Virus record (IMG/VR): IMGVR_UViG_3300033156_000800
Span: 1-33,621 of that record
DNA: 33,621 bases
From: a virus
Taxonomy: Duplodnaviria; Caudoviricetes
Reading direction: 5' to 3' (one strand)
In this document: piece by piece, positions 25,521 through 33,621 of the stretch
Numbering within the stretch: position 1 is the stretch's first letter
Layout: each line of letters starts with the position of its first letter
The notes under the pieces: generated by a model
The model's database searches: none
What the model saw: only the letters and a program-made list of their open reading frames with translations
Told to the model about the DNA's origin: nothing
Made by a program: the position numbers and the translations under genes

Positions 25521-26513
25521 ATGCCAACAGTATATCCGGTTACGCAGGAAGTAGCAGGTAATGAAGCGTCAAGTACATACGAAGGACGCCATGTAACATA
25601 TTATGAATCTGTGCTCACCCATCCATACCACTCAGACGGACTTGTGAATAAAGGAGATCCCTGCATTGTTGGGGATCTGGTAGGAGTTGCATTTATAAGC
25701 GCAGCAGCAACGGATGATCTGGTCGCGCTGGATACCGAAGGTATCTGGTATCTAAATGTGCTGGGATCCGTATCAGACGGGACCGATGACGGTCTTGCGC
25801 AGGCACTCACAGACGGGCAGCGGGTATATATTAAAAAAGTGCCCGGGAGCGACACATATATTCTATCCGGGCAGAGCGACCCTGAAACATGGGCACCATT
25901 TGGTATCTGTATGGGTGCGGTAACCGCACATCTGACAGTTCCAACGCTGGTAGCGGTAAAAGTCCACCAGGAACGCAACGACTGGCTTCATATTTTGCTT
26001 GGTGCAAAGGATAATGAGCTACTTCTCGAAGGCGATCCGGCATTGAGAGAACAGACATGGTGCAAGGGATTCTTCGGACCTGTAAGTTATCTTGAGGCTA
26101 GTGAGACAGTCAATGTGGTAAATTACCGTATGACAACCATGCGGGATACCGATGTTGGCAGTCTCAATGTGGCCGAATTCAAAACCCACCACGATTATGC
26201 CGGCAAGCTCGCCGCGATGATGCCTCTGAAAGTCAATATTGACAGTGGCGGCGGGGGTTCTGCAATGGCAGCGGGTATTGAAATTCTTGCGGAAGGCGCA
26301 GGAACGGCGCACGATGTCCTTTGTGGGATCAGATTCCACCAGAAAGACACAGATGGTACACTAATGGCGCCAATCCGGTTCGACACGACCACGTCATTTG
26401 GTATTGTTGCAGTAACTACAAACCCAAGCGATACCGGAGCCTGTTTCCAGATCCCAGTTGATATCGCAGGTACACTGTATTATTTGCTGGCATATAATGA
26501 AACGGGGAGCTGA
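25521..26513 (+). CDS. Capsid decoration/cement protein (DUF2190-like N-terminus) with C-terminal extension
   Basis: V.KGDP..VG.LVGVA...EGIW.L...G.RVY pattern; position between scaffold and capsid genes. Confidence 0.65.
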   Translation: MPTVYPVTQEVAGNEASSTYEGRHVTYYESVLTHPYHSDGLVNKGDPCIVGDLVGVAFISAAATDDLVALDTEGIWYLNVLGSVSDGTDDGLAQALTDGQRVYIKKVPGSDTYILSGQSDPETWAPFGICMGAVTAHLTVPTLVAVKVHQERNDWLHILLGAKDNELLLEGDPALREQTWCKGFFGPVSYLEASETVNVVNYRMTTMRDTDVGSLNVAEFKTHHDYAGKLAAMMPLKVNIDSGGGGSAMAAGIEILAEGAGTAHDVLCGIRFHQKDTDGTLMAPIRFDTTTSFGIVAVTTNPSDTGACFQIPVDIAGTLYYLLAYNETGS

Positions 26514-26519
26514 TCTGGA

Positions 26520-26750
26520 TTGTCTATTACTCGTGATAATCTGGAAAAACGCCTTGGTGCACTCAAAATGCGCATCGGGGCAAAAGCGTATGAACAGGTG
26601 GGGCTAGATGAGAGATCTGCGAATCTTAAAATCGAAATGGCTCAACTTGAGATTGCTATCCAGACGGTTGAAGCGACGCTGCGCGATTTTAGCGCAGATG
26701 AAGTGATATCTAAAGCGAAAGATAATGAAGTAGGAGATAAAAAAGAATGA
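26520..26750 (+). CDS. Small coiled-coil protein
   Basis: Heptad pattern; ATGA overlap with the capsid gene. Confidence 0.65.
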   Translation: MSITRDNLEKRLGALKMRIGAKAYEQVGLDERSANLKIEMAQLEIAIQTVEATLRDFSADEVISKAKDNEVGDKKE

Positions 26751-27880
26751 CTGATTTACTCGAGACAATGGATAATTGGGACAAGTATGCCTCTGTTAGT
26801 GAACAACAGATTGATGAGGCGGCCCTCCGGAGGACTATTGGACTCATAACTAATGAAAGGCGTGATCCACCATACCGCTATGAATACCTGGTACGTGAAG
26901 CGATCACATCCAGTGATTTCCCATATCTACTGGGCCAGGTGATGGACCGGCAGCTTATGGCTAACTACCAGGCATGGAATGCAGACTGGCAGTCCTTTTC
27001 GAAGAAAAGAATAGTAACGGATTTCAATACTGTACGGCTTGAGCGTCTGTATGGTACGGATGATGTGTTACCGGAGGTTGCGGAAAAGGGTGAGTATCTA
27101 GCTCAGAAGCCGACCAGCTGTCGCTTTGAACTGGGTGTAAAAAAGCGTGGTAGACAATACGATGTTTCGTGGGAGGCTATTGTAAATGATAGCCTCGGGG
27201 CTTTTTCAGATATTCCTACGAGGATGGCAACAGCAGTAGCACGTACAGAAAACCACCAGATCACCGGGACATACTCATCGGCAACCGGCCCTAATGCTGG
27301 TTTGTACGGGGCAACCATTACCGATTGTGACCAGGCTGTAACAAATCTGGGTTCCCTGCCACTTACAATAGCCAATATCGAAACCACAATGCTACTCATG
27401 GCGGCGCAGACTGATATGAAGGGTAATCCAATTAGTGTACGTGGTGTACATCTGGTAGTTCCACCAGCACTTGAACTCGCTGCACGCGCAATCCTCACAT
27501 CAGCGCTCAAACAGTACACCGAGGTTGGGGCCGGTGGGGGTATCCCTGTACCAACAGCAAATATCCTACCACAGATGGGCCTCCAGTTACATGTTGATCC
27601 GTGGTTGCCGGTGGTAGATGTATCCGGGAATGCCAATACCACATGGTACCTATTTGCAGACCCAAGCCAGATCCCATCAATTTACTACGGTAAACTCCGC
27701 GGGTTTGAGGCTCCGGAAATCGTTATGAAAGCTAGTAACAAGGTTTCAATAAGTGGCGCTCCCACAGGCCCGCTTACAGGCGATTTCGAGTCTGATAATA
27801 TCTTCTATCGTGTAAAAATGGTCTTTGGTACAACCCCCGGGGATCCGAGAGGTACATACGCGCAGACGGGTACAGCGTGA
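26747..27880 (+). CDS. Major capsid protein (HK97 fold, Mu gpT-like)
   Basis: SSDFPYLL, V.DF, LPEV.E.GEY, K.GR...SWEAIVNDSLGAF, LVVPPALE..A, WYLFADP, DF..D.I.Y.V. Confidence 0.92.
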   Translation: MTDLLETMDNWDKYASVSEQQIDEAALRRTIGLITNERRDPPYRYEYLVREAITSSDFPYLLGQVMDRQLMANYQAWNADWQSFSKKRIVTDFNTVRLERLYGTDDVLPEVAEKGEYLAQKPTSCRFELGVKKRGRQYDVSWEAIVNDSLGAFSDIPTRMATAVARTENHQITGTYSSATGPNAGLYGATITDCDQAVTNLGSLPLTIANIETTMLLMAAQTDMKGNPISVRGVHLVVPPALELAARAILTSALKQYTEVGAGGGIPVPTANILPQMGLQLHVDPWLPVVDVSGNANTTWYLFADPSQIPSIYYGKLRGFEAPEIVMKASNKVSISGAPTGPLTGDFESDNIFYRVKMVFGTTPGDPRGTYAQTGTA

Positions 27881-27891
27881 AGGTGAGGTAA

Positions 27892-28248
27892 GTGGCTTTT
27901 ACCTATGATCCTGATTGTCTGGTTGGGAAAGTTCGTCTACTCTGTACTGACAGGGACGAAGATTACCCAATCTTTACCGATGCAGAAATTGGAGTCTTTC
28001 TTGGTCTAAATAACGAAGATGCATTCCTAGCGGCTGCGCAGGCGTTGGATCAGATAGCTGCCACAGAAGCATTATTGCTGAAGCACATTACAATAAACGG
28101 ATTAAGTACTAATGGTAAAACTGTTGCGGATGCTCTGCACGCACAGGCGGAAATTCTGCGTAAACAGTCGCTGGATGGGTCTGAGATGGCCGAGCTAATA
28201 CTCGGGCCACCATCGAGGATAGCACCAGATATATGGCGGTTAGTTTGA
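27892..28248 (+). CDS. Head-tail adaptor/connector
   Basis: VGKVRLL..D......FTD.EI..FL...AAAQAL motif; follows the capsid gene. Confidence 0.8.
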   Translation: MAFTYDPDCLVGKVRLLCTDRDEDYPIFTDAEIGVFLGLNNEDAFLAAAQALDQIAATEALLLKHITINGLSTNGKTVADALHAQAEILRKQSLDGSEMAELILGPPSRIAPDIWRLV

Positions 28249-28249
28249 G

Positions 28250-28606
28250 ATGACTAGGCGGATTGTTGATCCACGTTTACTATCGGGTTTAGACGCCCAT
28301 TTTATGAACACATGTGATATCCAGTACTTGGTAGAAGATGTTGATGCAAGCGGTCAGATAACCGAAACGTGGGAGGCACGCCATACCGATATTGCATGTA
28401 ATGTGACACCGTTGAAAGGTAAAGAAATCCGTAAGCCAGACCAAACATACGTGATTGCTACCACGTCGATAGCACTGCAGGGATTATATACCGATATTAA
28501 GGAATCGGATAGAGCTACTGTATCTGAGATTACTTATAATATCCTGCTGGTAGAATTAATCCTTGGGGTTATGACCCGTTTATCCTGTGAGGTAGTATAC
28601 CGGTGA
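28250..28606 (+). CDS. Head closure / head-tail joining protein
   Basis: TC.I....D..GQ...W.....IAC; about 118 aa, beta-rich; synteny. Confidence 0.72.
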   Translation: MTRRIVDPRLLSGLDAHFMNTCDIQYLVEDVDASGQITETWEARHTDIACNVTPLKGKEIRKPDQTYVIATTSIALQGLYTDIKESDRATVSEITYNILLVELILGVMTRLSCEVVYR

Positions 28607-28619
28607 GGGAGGTTTTAGT

Positions 28620-28841
28620 ATAAACATTGAAAAGGACCACGACCTGTTAATCAGGCTAGATGAAAAGATGGATGTGGTTATAGGTAAGTTAGAATCTAGC
28701 GAGGAAAGGATAATTAGCCTGGAGCATAGAATAGGTAGTATCGAAATGCTAAAGAGTACCTTACTTGGGGTAGTGGCAGCAATTTCACTTATTGTATCGT
28801 TATTGGGGGCATGGATTCTAAAACAACTGGGGATAGGATAA
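28620..28841 (+). CDS. Coiled-coil plus single C-terminal transmembrane protein (holin/XhlA-like), absent from ORF track
   Basis: ..KDHDLLIRLDEKMD...RI.SLE...LLGVVAAISLIVSLLGAWIL; GGAGG 7 nt before ATA 28620; first ATG at 28668. Confidence 0.65.
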   Translation: MNIEKDHDLLIRLDEKMDVVIGKLESSEERIISLEHRIGSIEMLKSTLLGVVAAISLIVSLLGAWILKQLGIG

Positions 28842-29230
28842 TGGCGTTAGAGGGTATAGATTCTTCAATCAGAAAGCTTAGAAAGATAGGGGCATCTATA
28901 CCTAACACGGCTGTAATGGCGTTAAAATCCGGCGGGTTAATTGTAGTAAATTATGCAAAAGATGTGGTTCTACGTGAATCGGGCACATTGGCAAAATCGA
29001 TAGATGTTAGAGTAATTAAAAAATCACCAACTCAGGTAATCGTTAGTGTGGGTACCAGTAAGGTACCGTACGCAAAACGGATTGAATTTGGATTTGCAAA
29101 AGCAGATAAGCTGGGACGGGTTTATAACCAGCCACCACATCCATATATCAGGCCCGCGTTTGACAATAATGAGGACGCGGTTGAGAAAGAAGTAATAGAA
29201 GTATTCAAATTATTAGCGGAGAGGATTTAG
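28841..29230 (+). CDS. HK97 gp10-like neck protein
   Basis: SGTLAKSI, VG...PYA.RIEFG, PHPYIRPAFD; TAATG coupling favours ATG 28841 over 28811. Confidence 0.88.
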   Translation: MALEGIDSSIRKLRKIGASIPNTAVMALKSGGLIVVNYAKDVVLRESGTLAKSIDVRVIKKSPTQVIVSVGTSKVPYAKRIEFGFAKADKLGRVYNQPPHPYIRPAFDNNEDAVEKEVIEVFKLLAERI

Positions 29231-29231
29231 G

Positions 29232-29636
29232 ATGGTTTTATATAAGGCATTGAGATCGATTCTTTTAGCAGATACGGATAATATTGGTGCTATAGTGATC
29301 GATAGGATATATAAAACAACCTTACCAAGAAATCCGACGTTCCCAGCGATAACTATGGATGGCGTATCTGGGAAGCCATGGAGCCTTAACACATCGGGTA
29401 CTATCCCGCTGGAAGGGACAACGGTACAATTTTCCTGCTGGGCATCCTTACCAACGCGGGCACATAGCCTCGCCAGAATGGTAGGTGAATGTATGAATGG
29501 GTATGCCGGAGTGTCAGAGGGCGTTACCATCGGGGCCGCTATTGTACGTTCTTCGCCAGATGCAATTTGTGAGTATGATCCTGATATAAAAACATACATG
29601 GTTCCAATAGATGTATTGATCAGGTATTCAGTTTAA
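29232..29636 (+). CDS. Tail terminator/completion protein (DUF3168-like)
   Basis: V.DRIY...LP....PAIT, VQFSCWA...A..LA; precedes the tail tube gene. Confidence 0.8.
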   Translation: MVLYKALRSILLADTDNIGAIVIDRIYKTTLPRNPTFPAITMDGVSGKPWSLNTSGTIPLEGTTVQFSCWASLPTRAHSLARMVGECMNGYAGVSEGVTIGAAIVRSSPDAICEYDPDIKTYMVPIDVLIRYSV

Positions 29637-29652
29637 AAAGGAGGAAATAAAA

Positions 29653-30375
29653 ATGGCAACAAGCGCCCGGAGTGGGCATACTACAGAAATTTCCTGGAAC
29701 GGGAATGCTGTGGCGGAAGTAACTGAAATAAAAGGGCCGAAAACGTCCGTGAAAATGAAGGAAGTCACGAACAATGATTCCGGAGGCTGGGAGGAGTTAA
29801 TTCCGACGATTATCTCATCCGGTACATTCTCAATCAAGGGAAACTTTCTAGAAGGAGATACCGATGGTCAAATTGCAATTCAGAGTGACCATCTGGCAAA
29901 AACAGCAAGAGAGGCAATAATTACCCTTCCAGCTGCATTTGGGATTACGTTCTCCTCTGCGGTTACGTATTGTACTGAATTTGAAGTAATAACTCCCGTA
30001 AAATCTGGGGATGAAGTATCCTTTGAAGCGACCTTCCGCATATCAGGTGAAACTACGTTTACAACCGCGACCAGCACGGGGCTTACGGATCCATTCTTCA
30101 GCGTATCTGAAAGTGGGGTTATTGTGCCGGATGCGGCTGGTGATGTATATACCTATGTGGTTACTGTTATAACCACCGTTGAGTCGATTACGGTTACTCC
30201 AACAGCAGCAGCCGGGGTAATTACAATCAACGGAAATGTAGTTGCAACCGGGGAAGCCTCATCTGCAATTACGCTTGGTGCGGCTGGTAGCGTTACTGAA
30301 GCAACAATTATAGTGACGGAGACCAGCAAAGCACCTAAGACATATACGCTGTATATTACCAGAGCGTCAGTCTGA
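29653..30375 (+). CDS. Tail tube protein with C-terminal cadherin/Ig-like beta-sandwich
   Basis: EVTNNDSGGWEE.IP...G, F.ISG; C-terminal SITVTPTA...ITING...TYTLYITRA. Confidence 0.88.
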   Translation: MATSARSGHTTEISWNGNAVAEVTEIKGPKTSVKMKEVTNNDSGGWEELIPTIISSGTFSIKGNFLEGDTDGQIAIQSDHLAKTAREAIITLPAAFGITFSSAVTYCTEFEVITPVKSGDEVSFEATFRISGETTFTTATSTGLTDPFFSVSESGVIVPDAAGDVYTYVVTVITTVESITVTPTAAAGVITINGNVVATGEASSAITLGAAGSVTEATIIVTETSKAPKTYTLYITRASV

Positions 30376-30387
30376 GGATCTGAGTAG

Positions 30388-30774
30388 ATGGTAGGTACAC
30401 CGATTACACTGGATAAGGTCAGGCATCTGAGATATTCAGCGAATGATATTGCCGACATCGAGGAAGTCCTCGATGCCGGTTTTGGAGTCCTAATGTCTCC
30501 TGATGCAAAGATCGGATTCCGACACGCGCGGGCCTTTCTCTGGGGCGGCCTCAAGCATGAAGATAGAAGATTACAATTACCGCGTGGGCTGGATTTTGCA
30601 GGTGAACTAATCGAACAGTGGTATGAAAAAGGGGGCACACTGGATTCCCTGTATATTAAGATCCTCGTTGCGTTAAAGAATGACAATAAATTATCATCTG
30701 TATCGGAAGAGGACCGGGAGAAGATTGAAAAGGATATGGGGGAAGCGATCGGCCTGATAGAGAAGGCCGGGTAG
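30388..30774 (+). CDS. Tail assembly chaperone (G-like)
   Basis: ITLDKVRHLRYS.N, LWGGLKHED; lies between tube and tape measure genes. Confidence 0.8.
   Translation: MVGTPITLDKVRHLRYSANDIADIEEVLDAGFGVLMSPDAKIGFRHARAFLWGGLKHEDRRLQLPRGLDFAGELIEQWYEKGGTLDSLYIKILVALKNDNKLSSVSEEDREKIEKDMGEAIGLIEKAG
30738..30744 (+). other. Programmed -1 ribosomal frameshift site G GGG GAA
   Basis: In-frame slippery heptamer near the chaperone end; the -1 frame is open to 31115. Confidence 0.8.
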
Positions 30775-31115
30775 GATCAATACAGGAGTACCTCAGGCAG
30801 ATTGAAGGTCCCGCCTGGGATTATCTTCATATTTCCCCGCGCGAGATCGGAGAGTATACTATATCAGAAATTGATCTTATGTTAACCACGTCAATCGACC
30901 GGTGGAAACGGGATCAATCTCTGGCAGACCTCCGAACCGCGCGTATCTGCTCGATCCTCGTATCATCAAAGGATGACCCGCATGCGCCTGATGAATTCAT
31001 GGTGAATTATGATTCCAAAGAACCAAAGGAGAAAAGGAAACAAACACCGGAAGAAATGGCGGCTATACTGCGCGGGATTACTCTGCAGCACGGGGGAAAG
31101 ATTATAGATGACTGA
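30741..31115 (+). CDS. Tail assembly chaperone frameshift extension (T-like)
   Basis: -1 frame reads GSDRPDREG...YLHISPREIGEYTISEIDLMLTT..., continuous with ORF 30879..31115. Confidence 0.78.
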   Translation, partial: GSDRPDREGRVGSIQEYLRQIEGPAWDYLHISPREIGEYTISEIDLMLTTSIDRWKRDQSLADLRTARICSILVSSKDDPHAPDEFMVNYDSKEPKEKRKQTPEEMAAILRGITLQHGGKIIDD

Positions 31116-33216
31116 TGTAAAATTAGGGGATCTTTTCTGGCAGTTGGGCGTCAAGAGCACAGTAAATAGGGATATTTCCAAAGCGGAAAAGAGCGTATCC
31201 GGGCTGGACAAAACATCTAAAAAAAGCCAGAGTTCAATGAAATCCCTAACGGCTGGGATGAAAGTTGCAGGGGCGGCTGCGACGGGGCTTGGTCTGGCAA
31301 TAATTGGGTTAACTGATTCCGCAAAAAAGACCAACGCTGCGCTGGGGGTGACCGCCTTTCAGCTGGGAGTATCTACTGAAGAGATGCGCGATCTTGCTCT
31401 GGCGACTACAAACGTTACATTTCCGCTTGAGGAAGTCCAAAAATCATTTGATCTGTTAACCAGGGCGGGAATCCGGAATACAGAAGAGTTACAAACAACA
31501 GCAATGGCATATGATACATTGGGTGATGCGGTAGACCACACAGCCTCCGAAATCGCAGGCCCGATGATAACTGCTATGAAAACCTTTGGCCTTGAGATGG
31601 CCGAGGGGGCGAATTATACTGACCAAATGACGTATCTTCTACGGTATACAACCTTGGAACTGGGCAATTTCTCGTCAGTCATAGCGAAAATAACTCCTGA
31701 GCTGGTTGAGATGGGGTTGACCATGGATGATACGATTGCGATTCTGGGTGTCCTCGAAAGTAAGGGCGTAGCGGGGGAAGTTGCAGTCCGAACGTTCGAA
31801 CGTGCAATAACTTCTGCTACTAATGGAACTATTGACTGGGATGCTACACTTTCTGACCTGGCCGACACAATGTTGAATCTGAAAGATGAACAAGATAACC
31901 TGACAGATTCTGTCCGTGACACCGATCTATCGTTACGCAGTAATGCTTTGTCAATAGCCAATGCTAAGGATAGATTGGCAGAAATGCAGTCAGAAGGTAA
32001 AAAAGCCGGCGAAACAACTGAACAATATAACCGACGGCTCGAAGAACAAAAGATCCGGATTGAATCATTAGGGTATAGGCAAGAAGATTTGAAAAAGAAA
32101 CAGGCAGAAACTACGGCTGAAATCGATGCCAATGCAGAAGCACAGGCAGCTAATATCGAGATTCAGGATGCCGCAGCTGCAAGCATGGCATCCGGAACTT
32201 CTGGTATGGACGTTTTCTATGAAACTCTTGGTGTGACGAATGAAGAGATTGCCGCGTATAAAGAAGAAATGGGGGATGCAGAAGGAATCACTCAAGACTT
32301 TGCTGATGAAGCAAACAAACAACACGGCGTTATTGATAACCTTAGACAAAGTTGGGAGGAGTGGTCACTTAAGGCAGGCAGTGCGCTTGAACCTTTAGAG
32401 GGGGTAGGAGGAGCGTTATCTCTATTGGGGCCCCTAATGATGGGTGCGGGTGGAGTAGGTCCCGCAATGCAGGCGCTTTCAGGTATTCAGCTGAAAGCTC
32501 TTGTCCCCTCCCTGTGGGCTACCGCTTCCGCTGGTTTAGCCGCTATTGCTCCATGGTTACCTTTAATTATAGCAATCGGGGCTGTAATTGCAATTGGGTA
32601 TCTACTCTGGGACAACTGGGAAGAAATCTCCGCAGGTCTTGGAGTATTGTGGGATGGACTGTCCGAACTGGCGGGCACTGCCTGGGATTCCTTGACTTCG
32701 GTTATTTCAGGCGCACTTGATCTATTGTGGAATCTATTCTTAGGCTGGACTCCGCTGGGTATCTTTATTTCGCACTTTGACGAGATACTAGAATTTATGG
32801 ATACGCTTAAAGATCTGTTTTATAACGCCGGAACCGGGATAATGCAGTTCCTCATTGACGGGCTGGCATCAATGGCGATGGCACCGTTTGATATTATAAC
32901 TGATGCATTTGGATTTGTGGCAGACTTATTGCCGCATTCCCCGGCGAAGATCGGGCCTTTATCCCATCTTCCAAACTGGGATGCGTATCTGGTTGAGCCT
33001 CTGGACGATATAAAACCAGCTATGCGGCGTGCCGCAACCGCAGCTATAACTCCCGTGGCTGTAAGCTCGAGCAATCAGCAGAGCACGGTTAATAATGACA
33101 ATTCCTTGAGTATAAACCAGATTACTTTCCAGAACCCAACCGATATCCAGGAATTCTGGCGGCGCAGAGACGAGCAGATTCGTAGCAGCAAGTATCAGCG
33201 CGGGGTGCGATCATGA
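31108..33216 (+). CDS. Tape measure protein
   Basis: 702 aa, Ala/Gly-rich helical, central coiled coil, hydrophobic segment then LWDNWEEI and W-periodic repeats, LPHSPAKIGPL. Confidence 0.92.
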   Translation: MTDVKLGDLFWQLGVKSTVNRDISKAEKSVSGLDKTSKKSQSSMKSLTAGMKVAGAAATGLGLAIIGLTDSAKKTNAALGVTAFQLGVSTEEMRDLALATTNVTFPLEEVQKSFDLLTRAGIRNTEELQTTAMAYDTLGDAVDHTASEIAGPMITAMKTFGLEMAEGANYTDQMTYLLRYTTLELGNFSSVIAKITPELVEMGLTMDDTIAILGVLESKGVAGEVAVRTFERAITSATNGTIDWDATLSDLADTMLNLKDEQDNLTDSVRDTDLSLRSNALSIANAKDRLAEMQSEGKKAGETTEQYNRRLEEQKIRIESLGYRQEDLKKKQAETTAEIDANAEAQAANIEIQDAAAASMASGTSGMDVFYETLGVTNEEIAAYKEEMGDAEGITQDFADEANKQHGVIDNLRQSWEEWSLKAGSALEPLEGVGGALSLLGPLMMGAGGVGPAMQALSGIQLKALVPSLWATASAGLAAIAPWLPLIIAIGAVIAIGYLLWDNWEEISAGLGVLWDGLSELAGTAWDSLTSVISGALDLLWNLFLGWTPLGIFISHFDEILEFMDTLKDLFYNAGTGIMQFLIDGLASMAMAPFDIITDAFGFVADLLPHSPAKIGPLSHLPNWDAYLVEPLDDIKPAMRRAATAAITPVAVSSSNQQSTVNNDNSLSINQITFQNPTDIQEFWRRRDEQIRSSKYQRGVRS

Positions 33217-33539
33217 GCAGCATTACATTTGATGGAGTAGTACTGGTCCGGCCATCCCGGCCGGATATTGACTGGTCTCCGATAACAAACGTTGTGGTAT
33301 TGATATCGGGGAAGAGATCCGTACAATCCTCCTCCGAATTAGGTTTCTCGGTGGAATTTATTTGCGTTACTGAGACTTACTCCAATATCTCAGACCTCAG
33401 AGCTAAAATCGGATCTCCATATACGTTAGTAATAGACGGAGTCAATTATACGAATTGCTATATATCTTCGTTTAAAGAAAGAAAAATTGATGATATCCAC
33501 TGGGAATACTCAGTAGGATTTGTGAGGCAAACAACATGA
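33213..33539 (+). CDS. Putative distal tail protein
   Basis: Small beta-rich ORF coupled (ATGA) to the tape measure gene. Confidence 0.55.
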   Translation: MSSITFDGVVLVRPSRPDIDWSPITNVVVLISGKRSVQSSSELGFSVEFICVTETYSNISDLRAKIGSPYTLVIDGVNYTNCYISSFKERKIDDIHWEYSVGFVRQTT

Positions 33540-33621
33540 TGAGTGAATTTATGAATAAAATCCCTGAAGTCCATGCGATGGTGCATGGGATTTATGCCGG
33601 ATTGACCGAATGGAAAGGCTC
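33536..33621 (+). CDS. 5' part of a gene truncated by the window edge (MMSEFMNKIPEVHAMVHGIYAGLTEWKG...)
   Basis: ATGA overlap with the previous stop; frame open to the end of the window. Confidence 0.55.
   Translation, partial: MMSEFMNKIPEVHAMVHGIYAGLTEWKG

Noticed and set aside
1-33621. Integrase, repressor, transposase, reverse transcriptase/DGR or alternative genetic code
   Set aside because: No such motifs seen; genes are intact under the standard code with all three stops in use; lifestyle cannot be determined from this window

Overview
The window is a contiguous part of a tailed dsDNA virus genome (Caudoviricetes, siphovirus-type morphogenesis). Every credible gene is on the + strand. 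Order: RadC/JAB, RuvC-like resolvase and SNF2 helicase (335-2725); a repeat-rich intergenic element (2700-2950); about 14 small genes including two paralogue families (2982-5897); a recombination/replication/nucleotide module (5969-16925: Cas4/RecB-like nuclease, AAA ATPase, DUF669-like protein, UvrD-like helicase, class II ribonucleotide reductase, PurZ-type adenylosuccinate synthetase homologue, family A DNA polymerase with an N-terminal uracil-DNA glycosylase domain, Prim-Pol); small ORFs; a repeat-rich non-coding region (about 17975-18700; candidate origin, packaging site or late promoter); then terminase, portal, a MuF head protein fused to an ADP-ribosyltransferase, protease/scaffold, decoration, major capsid, neck, tail tube, frameshifted tail chaperones and tape measure. 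The most notable signal is the PurZ-type gene (GSEGKG rather than PurA GDEGKG) between the reductase and the UDG-PolA, which suggests a 2-aminoadenine (Z) genome. No DatZ/MazZ partner is recognisable in the window. Other observations are a tRNA-like minihelix before the replication operon, a shared 20-41 bp promoter/operator, a conserved start-associated box on cassette-like genes, and an unannotated candidate immunity gene. Some signals hint at an archaeal host, but this is not established. All calls come from motif reading by eye; no database searches were run.
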